A stretch of DNA of 64,000 bases from Sphingomonas sp. (GCA_031367995.1 JANLQS010000132.1:1860-65859); one strand, 5' to 3'; shown: positions 48,327 to 58,514, numbered from the stretch's first letter. The notes: generated by a model not told the origin, from the sequence alone. Numbers and translations are program-made.

Positions 48327-49415
48327 TCAGGCCGCCGCCTGTTCCTTCGCCGTCGGATAGTCGGTGTAGCCCGCCGCGCCTTGGCTGTAGAACGTCGCGC
48401 TGTCCCAGCGGTTGAGCGCCGCCCCGTTCCGAAGCCGATCGACGAGATCGGGGTTGGCAAGGAATGGCCGGCCAAAGCTGATCGCATCCGCGGCCCCTTG
48501 CTCGATCCGGTCCGCCGCGCTGTCGGCGCGATAGTCGCTGTTGAGCACCAGCTTGCCGCCGAATATTTTGCGGATAGCCGGGCTGACCGGAGGCTCGTCG
48601 GTCGGGCGAAAGGTCGATTGCGGCCCGGGCTCGCGCAATTCGAGCCACGGCAGGCCGATCGCCTCCATCGCTCCCCCGGCGGCGGTGAACAGCGCTTGCC
48701 CGTCGCTGTCCTCGACCCCGTTGACGGCTCCGTTGGGCGACAGGCGCAGCCCGGTACGGGCGATGCCGGCTTCGGCCGCGACCGCCTCGACCACTTCGCC
48801 AAGGAAACGGATGCGGTTGGTGATCGGCCCGCCATAATCATCGTCGCGCACATTGCTGCTGTCGCGCAGGAATTGGTCGATCAGATAGCCGTTGGCGCCG
48901 TGCACCTGGACCCCGTCGAACCCCGCCGCGATGGCGCGGCGGGCGGCCCCGGCATAGTCGCCCAGGATCCGCGCGATGTCGTCTTTGGTCGCCGCCCGCG
49001 CTTCGACATAGTCCTGGTTGCCGTCATAGGTGTGGGCATGGCCCGGCGCTTTTGTGGCCGACGCGCTGACCGGCTGCCCGCCGCTCAGGCTGGGGTGAAC
49101 CACCCGCCCCATATGCCACAGCTGGGCGACGATCCGCCCGCCGGCGCGGTGCACCGTCTCGACCACCGGCTTCCATCCCTCGCCTTGCGCGTCGGTCCAT
49201 AGGCCCGGCGCGAATGGCCAGCCCAAACCTTCTCGGCTGATTCCGGTGGCTTCGCTGATGATCAGTCCGGCGGCGGCGCGCTGCGCATAATAATCCGCCA
49301 TGATCGCCGTCGGCACACCCGCGCGGGTCGCCCGGCCGCGGGTCAGCGGGGCCATGATGATGCGGTTGGGTAGGGTGACCGCCCCCATCTCGACCGGATC
49401 GAACAGCGTCGGCAT
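48327..49415 (-). CDS. Old yellow enzyme family alkene reductase (NemA-like)
   Basis: NRIIMAPLTRGRA, QLWHMGR, GFDGVQVHGANGYLIDQF, FGRPFLANPDL. Confidence 0.93.
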   Translation of the reverse strand: MPTLFDPVEMGAVTLPNRIIMAPLTRGRATRAGVPTAIMADYYAQRAAAGLIISEATGISREGLGWPFAPGLWTDAQGEGWKPVVETVHRAGGRIVAQLWHMGRVVHPSLSGGQPVSASATKAPGHAHTYDGNQDYVEARAATKDDIARILGDYAGAARRAIAAGFDGVQVHGANGYLIDQFLRDSSNVRDDDYGGPITNRIRFLGEVVEAVAAEAGIARTGLRLSPNGAVNGVEDSDGQALFTAAGGAMEAIGLPWLELREPGPQSTFRPTDEPPVSPAIRKIFGGKLVLNSDYRADSAADRIEQGAADAISFGRPFLANPDLVDRLRNGAALNRWDSATFYSQGAAGYTDYPTAKEQAAA

Positions 49416-49453
49416 AAGCGGGTCTCATTCAAACGGGCGGGCCGGGCAAGATA

Positions 49454-50341
49454 GTGGCGAACAGCAATCGAACAAGTTCGCACCGCTTCGCCTTCGCGGC
49501 GTTGCTCGTCGGCAATGTCGCGCTGGCGATGGGACCGTTCCTCGTCCGCCATTCGGGCGTCGGGCCGGTCGCCGCCGGCTTCTGGCGGATGGCGCTGGCG
49601 CTGCCGTTGCTGTGGCTGGTCGCGGCGTTGCTGCGCCAGCCGGTCCATCTCCCGCGCCGCGCGCTCAGCCTGGCGATCCTTGGCGCCGCTTTCTTCTTCG
49701 CCGCCGATCTTGGCGCGTGGCACGCCGGTATCCTCCTGACCAAGCTCGGCAATGCCACTTTGTTCGGCAATTTCTCCAGCTTTCTGTTCGCCGCCTGGGG
49801 GCTGTGGCTGGCGCGGCGCTGGCCGTCCTGGCTGCAGGCGCTCGCCTTGCTGCTGGCGGCGGCGGGTTGCGCGATGCTGATGGCCGGCAGTCTCGAACTC
49901 GGCCCCGCCCACCTTCATGGCGACCTGCTCGCGCTCGCTGCCGGGCTGCTTTACACCGGCTATCTGATCCTCGTCGAACGCACCCGCGGCGCGCTTCAAC
50001 CTTTGCCCTTGCTGTTCCTGGCCAGCCTGTTCGGCGCGGCCATGCTGCTCCCCGCCGCGCTCGTGCTTGGCGAGCGAATCATCCCGGCCGACTGGACCGC
50101 TTTGTTCGCGCTGGCGCTGTGCAGCCAGGTCGTCGGCCAGGGGCTGCTGGTCTATGCTCTCGGCCATGTTCCGCCGCTGATCGTCGGGGTGGCGATGCTG
50201 ACCCAGCCGGCGCTGTCGGCGTTGCTCGGCTGGCTCTATTACGATGAGACGCTGACCGCGCTCGACTGGCTCGGCGCGGTGGCGATCGTCACCGCGCTGG
50301 TGCTGGTGCGCTTGCGCGATCGGCCGCGCGCGATCAATTAG
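49454..50341 (+). CDS. DMT/EamA family transporter
   Basis: About 10 TM helices in two repeats, GDLLAL motif. Confidence 0.87.
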   Translation: MANSNRTSSHRFAFAALLVGNVALAMGPFLVRHSGVGPVAAGFWRMALALPLLWLVAALLRQPVHLPRRALSLAILGAAFFFAADLGAWHAGILLTKLGNATLFGNFSSFLFAAWGLWLARRWPSWLQALALLLAAAGCAMLMAGSLELGPAHLHGDLLALAAGLLYTGYLILVERTRGALQPLPLLFLASLFGAAMLLPAALVLGERIIPADWTALFALALCSQVVGQGLLVYALGHVPPLIVGVAMLTQPALSALLGWLYYDETLTALDWLGAVAIVTALVLVRLRDRPRAIN

Positions 50342-50347
50342 GCGGCC

Positions 50348-51001
50348 ATGACCGACCCCACCCCGCTCCAGGCCCTGCGCCGCCGTCTCGCCCTCGCCGT
50401 CGGCGACAATGCGGTGTTCGACGGCTGGACCGACAAGGCTGTAGTCAGCGCCGCCACCTCGCTCGGCGTCGATCCCGCCACCGCCCGGCTGGCTTTTCCC
50501 AAGACCCCGGCAGCGATGGTCGATGCGTGGATCGACGGCGTCGACGCGGCGATGGAAGCGCACTTCACGCCCGATGTCCTGGCCCCCATGAAGGTCACGC
50601 AACGCATCCGCGCAATGATCTGGTTCCGGCTCGAAACCACCGGCGCGGCGCGCGAGGCGGTGCGCAGCGCGCTGGCGATTCTCGCCATGCCGCAGAACGT
50701 CCCGCTGGCGCTGAAGGTCGGGTGGCGCTCGGCCGATCGCATGTGGCGCCTCGCCGGCGATACCGCGACCGATTACAACCATTACACCAAGCGGTTGATC
50801 CTGTCGGGCGTCTACACCGCCACCCTGCTCGCCTGGCTCGACGATCAGTCCGAGGGATGGAGCGCGACCGCCGCCTTCCTCGACCGCCGCCTCGCCGGTG
50901 TCGGCAAGTTCGAAAAAGCCAAAGCGAAGTGGACCGCCAACGCCATTCGCCGCCCCAGCCTCGCCCGCTTCCTCGGCCGCCTCCGCTACCCGCCGCATTA
51001 G
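50348..51001 (+). CDS. COQ9 family ubiquinone biosynthesis protein
   Basis: FDGW, ADRMWRLAGDTATDYNHYTKR, FLDRR. Confidence 0.9.
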   Translation: MTDPTPLQALRRRLALAVGDNAVFDGWTDKAVVSAATSLGVDPATARLAFPKTPAAMVDAWIDGVDAAMEAHFTPDVLAPMKVTQRIRAMIWFRLETTGAAREAVRSALAILAMPQNVPLALKVGWRSADRMWRLAGDTATDYNHYTKRLILSGVYTATLLAWLDDQSEGWSATAAFLDRRLAGVGKFEKAKAKWTANAIRRPSLARFLGRLRYPPH

Positions 51002-51015
51002 GCCGCGCTCAAGAC

Positions 51016-51034
51016 GTTATTGATAATCATTCTC
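51016..51034. promoter_or_regulatory. Fur box
   Basis: GTTATTGATAATCATTCTC, 16/19 match to GATAATGATAATCATTATC, about 20 nt upstream of an iron permease. Confidence 0.85.
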
Positions 51035-51053
51035 ACTATGCTATGGGGTCGCC

Positions 51054-53006
51054 ATGGCATCGCTTCTATTTTTCCGCCCGCTCCGCGCGTTGTTTCTCCT
51101 TGTGCTGGGGATCGCGGCGATGGCCGCCAGCCCACCGGCGCGCGCCACCAACGCCGCTCAGGAAGTACAGACCAGCTGGCGGCTGCTTGATTATATCGCG
51201 GTCGATTATGGTGGAGCGGTCGCCGGCGGACGGGTGATCAATCCCGCCGAGTATCAGGAGATGAACGAATTCTCCGCCTCGGTCGGCGAACGGCTGACCG
51301 CGCTGCCCGATCGGCCGCAGCGCGCGGTGTTGCTGGCCGACGCCACCGGCCTGCGCAATGCGATCGCGGCAAAGGCCGAACCTCGCGTCATCGCGGCGCG
51401 CGCCCGCAAGCTCGGTGCCGCGCTGCTCGTCGCTTATCCCGTGCCGCTCGCGCCCGCTCGCGTTCCGGACCTGGCTCGTGGCGCGGCGCTTTACGCCGAA
51501 AATTGCGCTTCCTGTCACGGTGCCAGGGGTGAAGGCCCGAGCGGCGCCATCGCCAAACTCGACCCGCCGCCGATCGCTTTCGCCGACGCCGATCGCGCCC
51601 GTAACCGCAGCGTCTTTGGCCTGTACCAGGTGATTTCGCAGGGGCTGGAAGGCACCGCGATGCAGAGCTTCGCGGCGCTGCCCGACGAAGATCGCTGGGC
51701 CCTCGCCTTCCATGTCGGCGGCCTCGCCTGGCGCGACATCGCTAGCGGCGAGCGGATCTGGCGCCAAGATGCGTCGCTCCGCGCGCTCGTTCCCAATATG
51801 GCGGCGCTCGCCGCGCTAACCCCGGCCGACCTCGGAGCGCGAATCGGGCGGGACAAGGCCGACGCAGTGGTCGCCTATCTGCGTGCCAATCCGGGAGCCT
51901 TGACCGCGCAGCGGCCCGCCTCGCTGCAACTTGCCCGCGACCGTCTTCGCCAAAGCCTCGCCGCTTATTCGGCCGGGAACCGCAAGCAGGCCGAGGAGCT
52001 CGCTTTGTCCGCCTATCTCGACGGGTTCGAGCCGGTCGAAGCGGTACTCGCGACGCGCGACGGGGCCCTGATGCACCAGGTTGAGGCGTCGATGGGTGCC
52101 TTTCGCGTGGCGATTACGCGCGGCGGAAGCGACCAGGCTCTGGGCCAGCGGCTGAGCGCGACCGAGCGCTTGCTCGGCCAGGCCGAGGAGGCGCTGGCCC
52201 CCGAGGCGGCAAGCAGTTTGTCGACCTTCCTTGGCGCCTTCGCCATCCTCCTCCGCGAAGGGCTCGAAGCCCTGCTGGTGGTGATCGCGATGATCGCTTT
52301 CCTGCGCAAGGCGGAGCGCCCGGAGGCTCTTCCCTATGTCCACGGCGGCTGGATCGGCGCGCTGATCGCTGGGGGAGCGACCTGGGCTGTCGCCACCTAT
52401 GCCCTCGAGCTGAGCGGCGCCAGCCGCGAACTGACCGAAGGGTTCGGCTCACTGCTCGCCGCCGTGATCCTGCTGTCGGTCGGCATCTGGATGCACGGCA
52501 AGAGCCAGGCCGAGGAATGGCGCCGCTACATTGCCGAGAAGATGGAAGGCGCCCTGTCGCGCGGCTCGGCCTGGTTCCTGTTCGGCCTCGCCTTCATCGT
52601 CGTTTATCGCGAAGTGTTCGAGACGATCCTGTTCTACGCCGCCCTCTGGACCGCCGACAACGGTCTGACGATCCTCGCCGGGGCTTTGTCGGCAATCGCG
52701 CTGCTGGGGCTGATCGCCTGGCTCATGTTGAGCTACAGCCGAAAGCTGCCGATCACCCAATTCTTCAAATATAGCGCGATTCTCATTGCGGTGCTCGCCG
52801 TGGTCCTCGCCGGCAAGGGCGTCGGCGCGCTGCAGGAAGCAGGCATTGTGCCGGTGACGCCGCTTGCCGGCGTGCCGCGGATCACGGTCCTAGGGTTGTT
52901 CCCGACGGCAGAGGCGATCGGCGCTCAGCTCGTGGCGTTGGCGGTGGTCGTCCTCGGCTTCCGCTGGGCGAATCGAGGCCACGGCCACCCGCTGCCCGTC
53001 GGATAA
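51054..53006 (+). CDS. Cytochrome c / FTR1 family iron permease (PbrT/EfeU-like)
   Basis: Signal peptide, LLDYIAVDY, CASCHG heme motif, two RExxE motifs (REGLE, REVFE), C-terminal TM bundle. Confidence 0.92.
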   Translation: MASLLFFRPLRALFLLVLGIAAMAASPPARATNAAQEVQTSWRLLDYIAVDYGGAVAGGRVINPAEYQEMNEFSASVGERLTALPDRPQRAVLLADATGLRNAIAAKAEPRVIAARARKLGAALLVAYPVPLAPARVPDLARGAALYAENCASCHGARGEGPSGAIAKLDPPPIAFADADRARNRSVFGLYQVISQGLEGTAMQSFAALPDEDRWALAFHVGGLAWRDIASGERIWRQDASLRALVPNMAALAALTPADLGARIGRDKADAVVAYLRANPGALTAQRPASLQLARDRLRQSLAAYSAGNRKQAEELALSAYLDGFEPVEAVLATRDGALMHQVEASMGAFRVAITRGGSDQALGQRLSATERLLGQAEEALAPEAASSLSTFLGAFAILLREGLEALLVVIAMIAFLRKAERPEALPYVHGGWIGALIAGGATWAVATYALELSGASRELTEGFGSLLAAVILLSVGIWMHGKSQAEEWRRYIAEKMEGALSRGSAWFLFGLAFIVVYREVFETILFYAALWTADNGLTILAGALSAIALLGLIAWLMLSYSRKLPITQFFKYSAILIAVLAVVLAGKGVGALQEAGIVPVTPLAGVPRITVLGLFPTAEAIGAQLVALAVVVLGFRWANRGHGHPLPVG

Positions 53007-53067
53007 GAGGCGCTTGGCTTTCGCCGCGGTGATGGCTTAGGTGACGCCAGCAACAGGAGAAGCATTG

Positions 53068-53565
53068 ATGGCGGGCGTGAACAAGGTGATTTTGGTCGGA
53101 AACCTCGGCGCCGACCCCGAGGCGCGCAGCCTCAACAACGGCGGAGAGGTGGTCAATCTGCGAGTCGCCACGTCCGAATCGTGGAAGGACAAGGACGGCA
53201 ACCGCCAGGAACGCACCGAATGGCACCAGGTGGTGATCTTCAACGAGAATCTCGGCCGCGTCGCCAAGAGCTACCTCAAGAAGGGCTCGAAGGTTTATCT
53301 CGAAGGCCAGATCCAGACCCGCAAATGGACCGACCAGTCGGGCGCCGACCGTTACTCGACCGAGGTCGTGCTGCAGCGCTTCCGCGGCGAACTGGTCCTG
53401 CTCGACAGCCGTGAAAGCGGCGGCTCAAGTGGCGGTTACGGCGGCGGCGGCGCGTCGAGCTTCGACGATGGCGGCAGCGGCAGCGGCGGCGGCGGCGCCT
53501 CGCGCCAGCCCCGTCCGCAACCGGCGGCGTTCGACACCGACCTCGACGATGATGTCCCGTTCTAA
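53068..53565 (+). CDS. ssb: Single-stranded DNA-binding protein
   Basis: [22 protein letters not shown]-terminal DDDVPF. Confidence 0.98.
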   Translation: MAGVNKVILVGNLGADPEARSLNNGGEVVNLRVATSESWKDKDGNRQERTEWHQVVIFNENLGRVAKSYLKKGSKVYLEGQIQTRKWTDQSGADRYSTEVVLQRFRGELVLLDSRESGGSSGGYGGGGASSFDDGGSGSGGGGASRQPRPQPAAFDTDLDDDVPF

Positions 53566-53610
53566 GCAGTGCGAGGCACTGCTTAAACAAGGGACACCGC
53601 CCTCGGGCGA

Positions 53611-54132
53611 CTACTCCCCGGTCATCTTGCCCTTGAGCGCGGCCAGCGCGGCGAACGGGCCGGCTTCCTCCTCGCCGATCACCCCGGCCGCTTTCAGCGC
53701 AGCCTCCGCCGCCGGGCTGCGCGGGTAGGGGTCGAGCGCCAGCGCCAGCGAATCCGCCACCGCTGCGCCCAGGTCGATCGTGCGGCCGTCGTGGAACATG
53801 GTGTCGAGTTCGTCTCCGCTCAGCTCGATCTCGGCATCGGGCTGCCCGGTATTCGGCGCGGGAACGAAAATCACCTCGAACGGCTCGTCGAGGCGGCAGC
53901 GCACGGGCTCGCCCGTGGCGACGCAGGCCTGGTCGAGCACCGCCTTCAATCGCCCGCACGCGCGGACCCGCTCGCCTTCGCGGGTCAGCACGACATGGGC
54001 ATCGAGCCGCTCGAGCGACAGCAGGCTGAGTCGGGCGGCGAGTTCGGCCCGTTCGGACTCGTCGGCGACAATCTCGATCCGGTCGCCGCCGCGAACCTGG
54101 TCGAGCGGCAGGCAGTGGGCCAATCCGCTCAC
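53611..54132 (-). CDS. YceD/DUF177 family protein
   Basis: QACVATGEP, IDLGAAV, LALDPYPR, PFAALAALK. GTG start overlaps the upstream stop. Confidence 0.88.
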   Translation of the reverse strand: MSGLAHCLPLDQVRGGDRIEIVADESERAELAARLSLLSLERLDAHVVLTREGERVRACGRLKAVLDQACVATGEPVRCRLDEPFEVIFVPAPNTGQPDAEIELSGDELDTMFHDGRTIDLGAAVADSLALALDPYPRSPAAEAALKAAGVIGEEEAGPFAALAALKGKMTGE

Positions 54133-54641
54133 CGCCACCGGCCCTGCATCACCGCCGCGTCGTCGGCGCCGTCGAGAGTCTCGTGCAGCCGGCGCATCGA
54201 TTCGGCGGCGAAGGTCCGCGCCGATTCGTCGGTTACCGCGCCGCGATGGATGGTCGCCGCCACGCTGTCGTCCCACCCGGCATCGTCGGCCAGCGTCTGC
54301 CGCCAGCGATCGACCCGGTTGGCCAGCGCGCCGACCATGTGGCGCACCTGTTTGCCCAGCGACGGGTCGCCGAAGCCCTCCTGACGCATCTGCGAATCCA
54401 TGTCGGCAATGAACGCCTCGGTCAGCGCGACGCTTGCCCGGGCGGCCTCCTCGCCCCCGGTTTCCAGCCGCAAGATGCCCAGCGCAACGACGCTCGACAG
54501 CACCGCGAACCGCCCGTCCTGATCGTCGGTCACGCCACCGGAAAGGAACCATCCGGGGGCGCGCGCCTCGGCCACCAGCGCGGCATAAAGTGCGGCGGCA
54601 TCGGGGCGCTTTGGGCGTACCATGGCCATGATCGATCGCAT
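54129..54641 (-). CDS. Ubiquinol-cytochrome c chaperone (Cbp3) family protein
   Basis: GVTDDQDGRF, FIADMDSQMRQEGFGD. Conserved bamE/cbp3/yceD arrangement. Confidence 0.85.
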   Translation of the reverse strand: MRSIMAMVRPKRPDAAALYAALVAEARAPGWFLSGGVTDDQDGRFAVLSSVVALGILRLETGGEEAARASVALTEAFIADMDSQMRQEGFGDPSLGKQVRHMVGALANRVDRWRQTLADDAGWDDSVAATIHRGAVTDESARTFAAESMRRLHETLDGADDAAVMQGRWR

Positions 54642-54760
54642 GTCTTTCTCCTCGATCGCACAGGGGAACGCCGCCAACGGCTTGCGCCCTTTGGCTTTTA
54701 CCGCATATTGGGTGCCGCGGCAGCGGGCAAGGCGCGCGCCGGCTAATTGGAGAATGGTGA

Positions 54761-55222
54761 ATGACGATGCGGGTAGCCAGACTGGCGGTAACGTTCCTCG
54801 GGCTGGGCCTGGTGGCGGGCTGCACCAGCATTCGCGAGACTCACGGCTTCATCCTCGACGAACAATTGAGCAAGGCGGTTCAGGTTGGCGTCGATAACAA
54901 GGATTCGGTCGCCAAGTCGCTCGGCCGGCCAACCTTCACCGGCACGTTCAGCGAAAACGACTGGTATTACATCTCGCAGAACACGCGCCAGGTCGCCTTT
55001 GGCACGCCGTCGATCAAGAAGGAAACCGTGCTCCACATCCGGTTCGATCCGGCGGGCAACGTCACCGGCGTCGAAACCACCGACGAGAAAAAGATCGCCT
55101 CGGTCGATCCGATGGGCGGCAAGACCCCGACGCTCGGCCACAAGAAGAGCCTGATCGACGAAATCTTCGGTAACATCAGCTCGATCTCGCAGCCCGGCCT
55201 GCCCGGCGCCAACCCGCAATAG
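54761..55222 (+). CDS. bamE: Outer membrane protein assembly factor BamE
   Basis: Lipobox VAGC, LGRPTF, DWYYIS, TPTLG, IFGNI. Confidence 0.9.
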   Translation: MTMRVARLAVTFLGLGLVAGCTSIRETHGFILDEQLSKAVQVGVDNKDSVAKSLGRPTFTGTFSENDWYYISQNTRQVAFGTPSIKKETVLHIRFDPAGNVTGVETTDEKKIASVDPMGGKTPTLGHKKSLIDEIFGNISSISQPGLPGANPQ

Positions 55223-55289
55223 CGATCGGCGGCGGTGCTATCCGCCGCCCGCTTGTCGCCCGGCCCTCTTTCGGCCTAAGCCCTCGGCC

Positions 55290-56051
55290 ATGACCGCGAC
55301 ACCCGCTGGCATGACCTATGCCGATTATCTCGACCTCGACGGCCTGCTGTCGGCCCAGCGCCCGCGCTCCGATCTGCATGACGAGATGCTGTTCATCATT
55401 ATCCACCAGACCAAGGAATTGTGGCTCAAGCAGATGCTGCATGAGGTCGGGCTGGCCTGCGCTTTGGTCCGCGCCGACAAGTTCGCCGAAGCTTATAAGG
55501 CGCTGTCGCGAGTCAGCCGCATCCAGTCGGTGATGACCCTGTCGTGGGACGTGCTGGCGACTCTCACCCCGGTCGACTACAGCGCCTTCCGCCACGTGCT
55601 CGGCACCTCGTCGGGGTTCCAGTCTGGGCAGTTCCGCGAACTCGAATATCGGCTCGGCATCAAGGATCCCAGGTTCCTCGATTATTACGAAGGCGGCACC
55701 GCCGGCCGCGCCCGGCTGGAGGCGGCGCTGGCCGATCCGTCGCTGTGGGATGAAGCCAATGCCGCCCTCGCCCGCGCCGGCTTCGACAGCGGCTCGGAGG
55801 AGGCGATCGGCGCCTCCTGGCTCGAGGTCTACCGACAGGCGGACACCTATTTCGGGCTGTACCAGCTGGCTGAGAAGCTGGTCGATATCGACGACGCGCT
55901 GGCCCAGTGGCGGCACAAGCATCTGCTGACGGTCGAACGGATCATCGGCATGAAGCCCGGCACCGGCGGCTCGGCCGGGGCGGCCTATCTCGCCTCGACG
56001 CTGGCCAAGCGCGCCTTCCCCCAATTATGGTCGCTGCGCACCGCGCTGTGA
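55290..56051 (+). CDS. kynA: Tryptophan 2,3-dioxygenase
   Basis: HDEMLFIIIHQTKELW, SGFQS.QFRELE, ERIIGMKPGTGGS. Confidence 0.94.
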   Translation: MTATPAGMTYADYLDLDGLLSAQRPRSDLHDEMLFIIIHQTKELWLKQMLHEVGLACALVRADKFAEAYKALSRVSRIQSVMTLSWDVLATLTPVDYSAFRHVLGTSSGFQSGQFRELEYRLGIKDPRFLDYYEGGTAGRARLEAALADPSLWDEANAALARAGFDSGSEEAIGASWLEVYRQADTYFGLYQLAEKLVDIDDALAQWRHKHLLTVERIIGMKPGTGGSAGAAYLASTLAKRAFPQLWSLRTAL

Positions 56052-57190
56052 GCTTCAAGCCCCTCTTCTCGCGCAGTCTCGCCGCCGCGCCCGGTCGGCT
56101 GCACTTCGCCGCGCACAGCCATCATCTGTGGCCCGACGCCAGTTTCGACGGGCAGGTCGAATGCTGGCAGGACGCCGCCACATTCGCCGACCCCAAATGG
56201 GACAAGGTGATGGGCGAGGTCTGGCCCAGGGCGCAGGCCGAGGTCGCCGGCGAACTGGGCAGCGGCGACCCGTCGGCCATCGTCTTCGCCACCAACACCC
56301 ACGATTTTCTCATCCGCCTCGTGGCCGCCTGCCCGCGCGCCGACCCGCGCCGCTTGCGCGTCCTTACCAGCGACGGCGAATTCCATTCGGCCCGCCGCCA
56401 GTTCGCGCGCTGGGCGGAGGATGGCTGGTTTGCGCTCGACACCGTGCCACTCGGCGATCTCCTCGCCACCGCAAGGCGCGGGAACCACGACCTGATCCTC
56501 GTCAGTCAGATCCTCTTCGGCAGCGGCGAAATATTTCATCAAGTCAAAGACTTGGCCGACCTCGCCCGGCGCGACGGGCCGTGGGTGGTGATCGACGGCT
56601 ACCACAGCTTCATGGCGCTCGAGACACCGTTTTTGGAAACCGTCGCTAAGTCCGCCTTCTTCCTCGCCGGCGGCTATAAATATGCCATGGCGGGGGAGGG
56701 CATGGGGCTGATGCACTGCCCGCCTGGCTTCGGTCCGCGCCCGCCCGTCACCGGCTGGTACGCCGAGTTCGAGGACTTGACCCTCGCCCCCGGCAAGACC
56801 GGCTACGCGCCCGACGCGATGCGCTTCATGGGCGCGACGTTCGATCCTTCCGCGCTCTACCGCTTCCTCCACATCCGCCGGATGCTCGCCGCCGAGGGGC
56901 TGACGACTGCGGTCATCTCGGCCCACGTCGCTTCGCTCCACGCCGAGCTGCTCAGCGCACTGGCCGGAACGCCGCTGGCCGAGGCGGAGCTGCTCAACCC
57001 GCTCGACGGTGGACCACACGCCCGCTTCCTCGCGCTGCGCCACCTCGATGCGGCCCGATGGTGCGATACGCTGATGCGCCAAGGTGTCGTCACGGATGTC
57101 CGCGGCGATGTGCTGCGGCTCGGCCTCGGTCTCTACCACGACCACGACGACGTCGCGGCCTTCGCGCGGATTGCCCAGGCGCTCGGCTAG
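56048..57190 (+). CDS. PLP-dependent class V enzyme, divergent kynureninase-like
   Basis: DGYHS (DxxH) and GGYKY PLP-lysine motif, TGWYA, DVRGDVLRLG. Translationally coupled to kynA. Confidence 0.75.
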   Translation: MSFKPLFSRSLAAAPGRLHFAAHSHHLWPDASFDGQVECWQDAATFADPKWDKVMGEVWPRAQAEVAGELGSGDPSAIVFATNTHDFLIRLVAACPRADPRRLRVLTSDGEFHSARRQFARWAEDGWFALDTVPLGDLLATARRGNHDLILVSQILFGSGEIFHQVKDLADLARRDGPWVVIDGYHSFMALETPFLETVAKSAFFLAGGYKYAMAGEGMGLMHCPPGFGPRPPVTGWYAEFEDLTLAPGKTGYAPDAMRFMGATFDPSALYRFLHIRRMLAAEGLTTAVISAHVASLHAELLSALAGTPLAEAELLNPLDGGPHARFLALRHLDAARWCDTLMRQGVVTDVRGDVLRLGLGLYHDHDDVAAFARIAQALG

Positions 57191-57229
57191 GGTTACGACA
57201 TTTCGCATCAGGCCAGGCATGGAGCCCGT

Positions 57230-58510
57230 ATGAGTTCGCACACCGGCACCGTCGCTCGCCTCAATCGCCCGCTGATCATGACGATGCTGGTGCTGGCCTA
57301 CACGCTCAACTTCGTCGATCGGCAGATCATCGGCATCCTCGCCGGGCCGATCAAGGCCGACCTCCATTTAACCGACACCCAGTTGGGCTGGATGGGCGGC
57401 ACCGCCTTTGCCTTGTTCTACACTGCGCTGGCCATTCCGTTGGCGATGCTCGCCGACCGCCGCGACCGCAGCTGGATCGTCGCCATCGGCCTGACCCTGT
57501 GGAGCGCGGCGACCGCGGTGTGCGGGCTGGCGATGACCTTCTGGCAATTGTTCGCGGCGCGGATGAGCGTCGGCATCGGCGAAGCAGCCGGGGTGGCGCC
57601 GGCTTATTCGTTGATCAGCGATCTTTACCCCGCGGAACAGCGAGCCCGTGCCCTGGCCATCTTTTCGCTCGGCATCCCGCTGGGCAGCGCGTTCGGCGTT
57701 TTGTTCGGCGGGCTGGTCGCGGCCAGCGTCGACTGGCGCTTCGCCTTCCTCGCCATTGGCGTTGTCGGCATCCTGTTCGCGCCCGTGTTCAAATGGGCGG
57801 TGCGCGATCCCGGGCACGGCCGCGCCGGCGAAGGCCAGCGCGTGGCGGCGCCGTCGTTCGGCACCGTGTTCCGGGCAGTCGCCTCGAAGCCGTCCTTCTG
57901 GCTGCTCGGGTTCGGCGCCGGCACCGCCAGCCTGGTCTCTTACGGTCTGGCCTTCTGGATCCCCAGCTTCCTAGAGCGCAGCTACGGCCTTGGCCTGGTC
58001 GACCGCTCGCTCATTTTTGGCGCGGTTTTGCTGGTCGGCGGTTGCACCGGCATCTGGTTCGGCGGGGTCGCCGGCGACCGGCTCGGTTCGGCCCACCCGC
58101 GCGGCTATGCTTTGGTGCCCGCGGTGGCCTTCGCCATCACCCTGCCGGCCTACCTGCTGGCCTTTTCCAGCACCTCGCTGGTCGCGGCATCCTTGCTGTT
58201 CCTGATCCCCGGCGCGCTCGGGCTGACTTGGCTCGGGCCGGTCGTCACCGCGGTCACCAAACTGGTCCCGCCGGAAATGCGCGCGACCGCCGCGGCGATG
58301 TTCCTGTTCATCAACAATCTGATCGGGCTCGGCGCCGGATCGACGGTCATCGGCGCCATCTCCGAAGCCCTCACCGTTCGCTACGGGCAGGAGGCACTGC
58401 GTTACTCGGCGATGGCCACGACCACCCTCTACGCGCTCGCCGCATTGCTCATGCTGCTCGCCGCGCGGCGCCTGTCGCGCGACGTTGTGGCGGAGCCGGC
58501 GACGGCCTGA
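57230..58510 (+). CDS. Spinster-like MFS transporter
   Basis: NFVDRQI, LTDTQLG, LADRRDR, VGIGEA, about 12 TM helices. Confidence 0.9.
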   Translation: MSSHTGTVARLNRPLIMTMLVLAYTLNFVDRQIIGILAGPIKADLHLTDTQLGWMGGTAFALFYTALAIPLAMLADRRDRSWIVAIGLTLWSAATAVCGLAMTFWQLFAARMSVGIGEAAGVAPAYSLISDLYPAEQRARALAIFSLGIPLGSAFGVLFGGLVAASVDWRFAFLAIGVVGILFAPVFKWAVRDPGHGRAGEGQRVAAPSFGTVFRAVASKPSFWLLGFGAGTASLVSYGLAFWIPSFLERSYGLGLVDRSLIFGAVLLVGGCTGIWFGGVAGDRLGSAHPRGYALVPAVAFAITLPAYLLAFSSTSLVAASLLFLIPGALGLTWLGPVVTAVTKLVPPEMRATAAAMFLFINNLIGLGAGSTVIGAISEALTVRYGQEALRYSAMATTTLYALAALLMLLAARRLSRDVVAEPATA

Positions 58511-58514
58511 AAAC

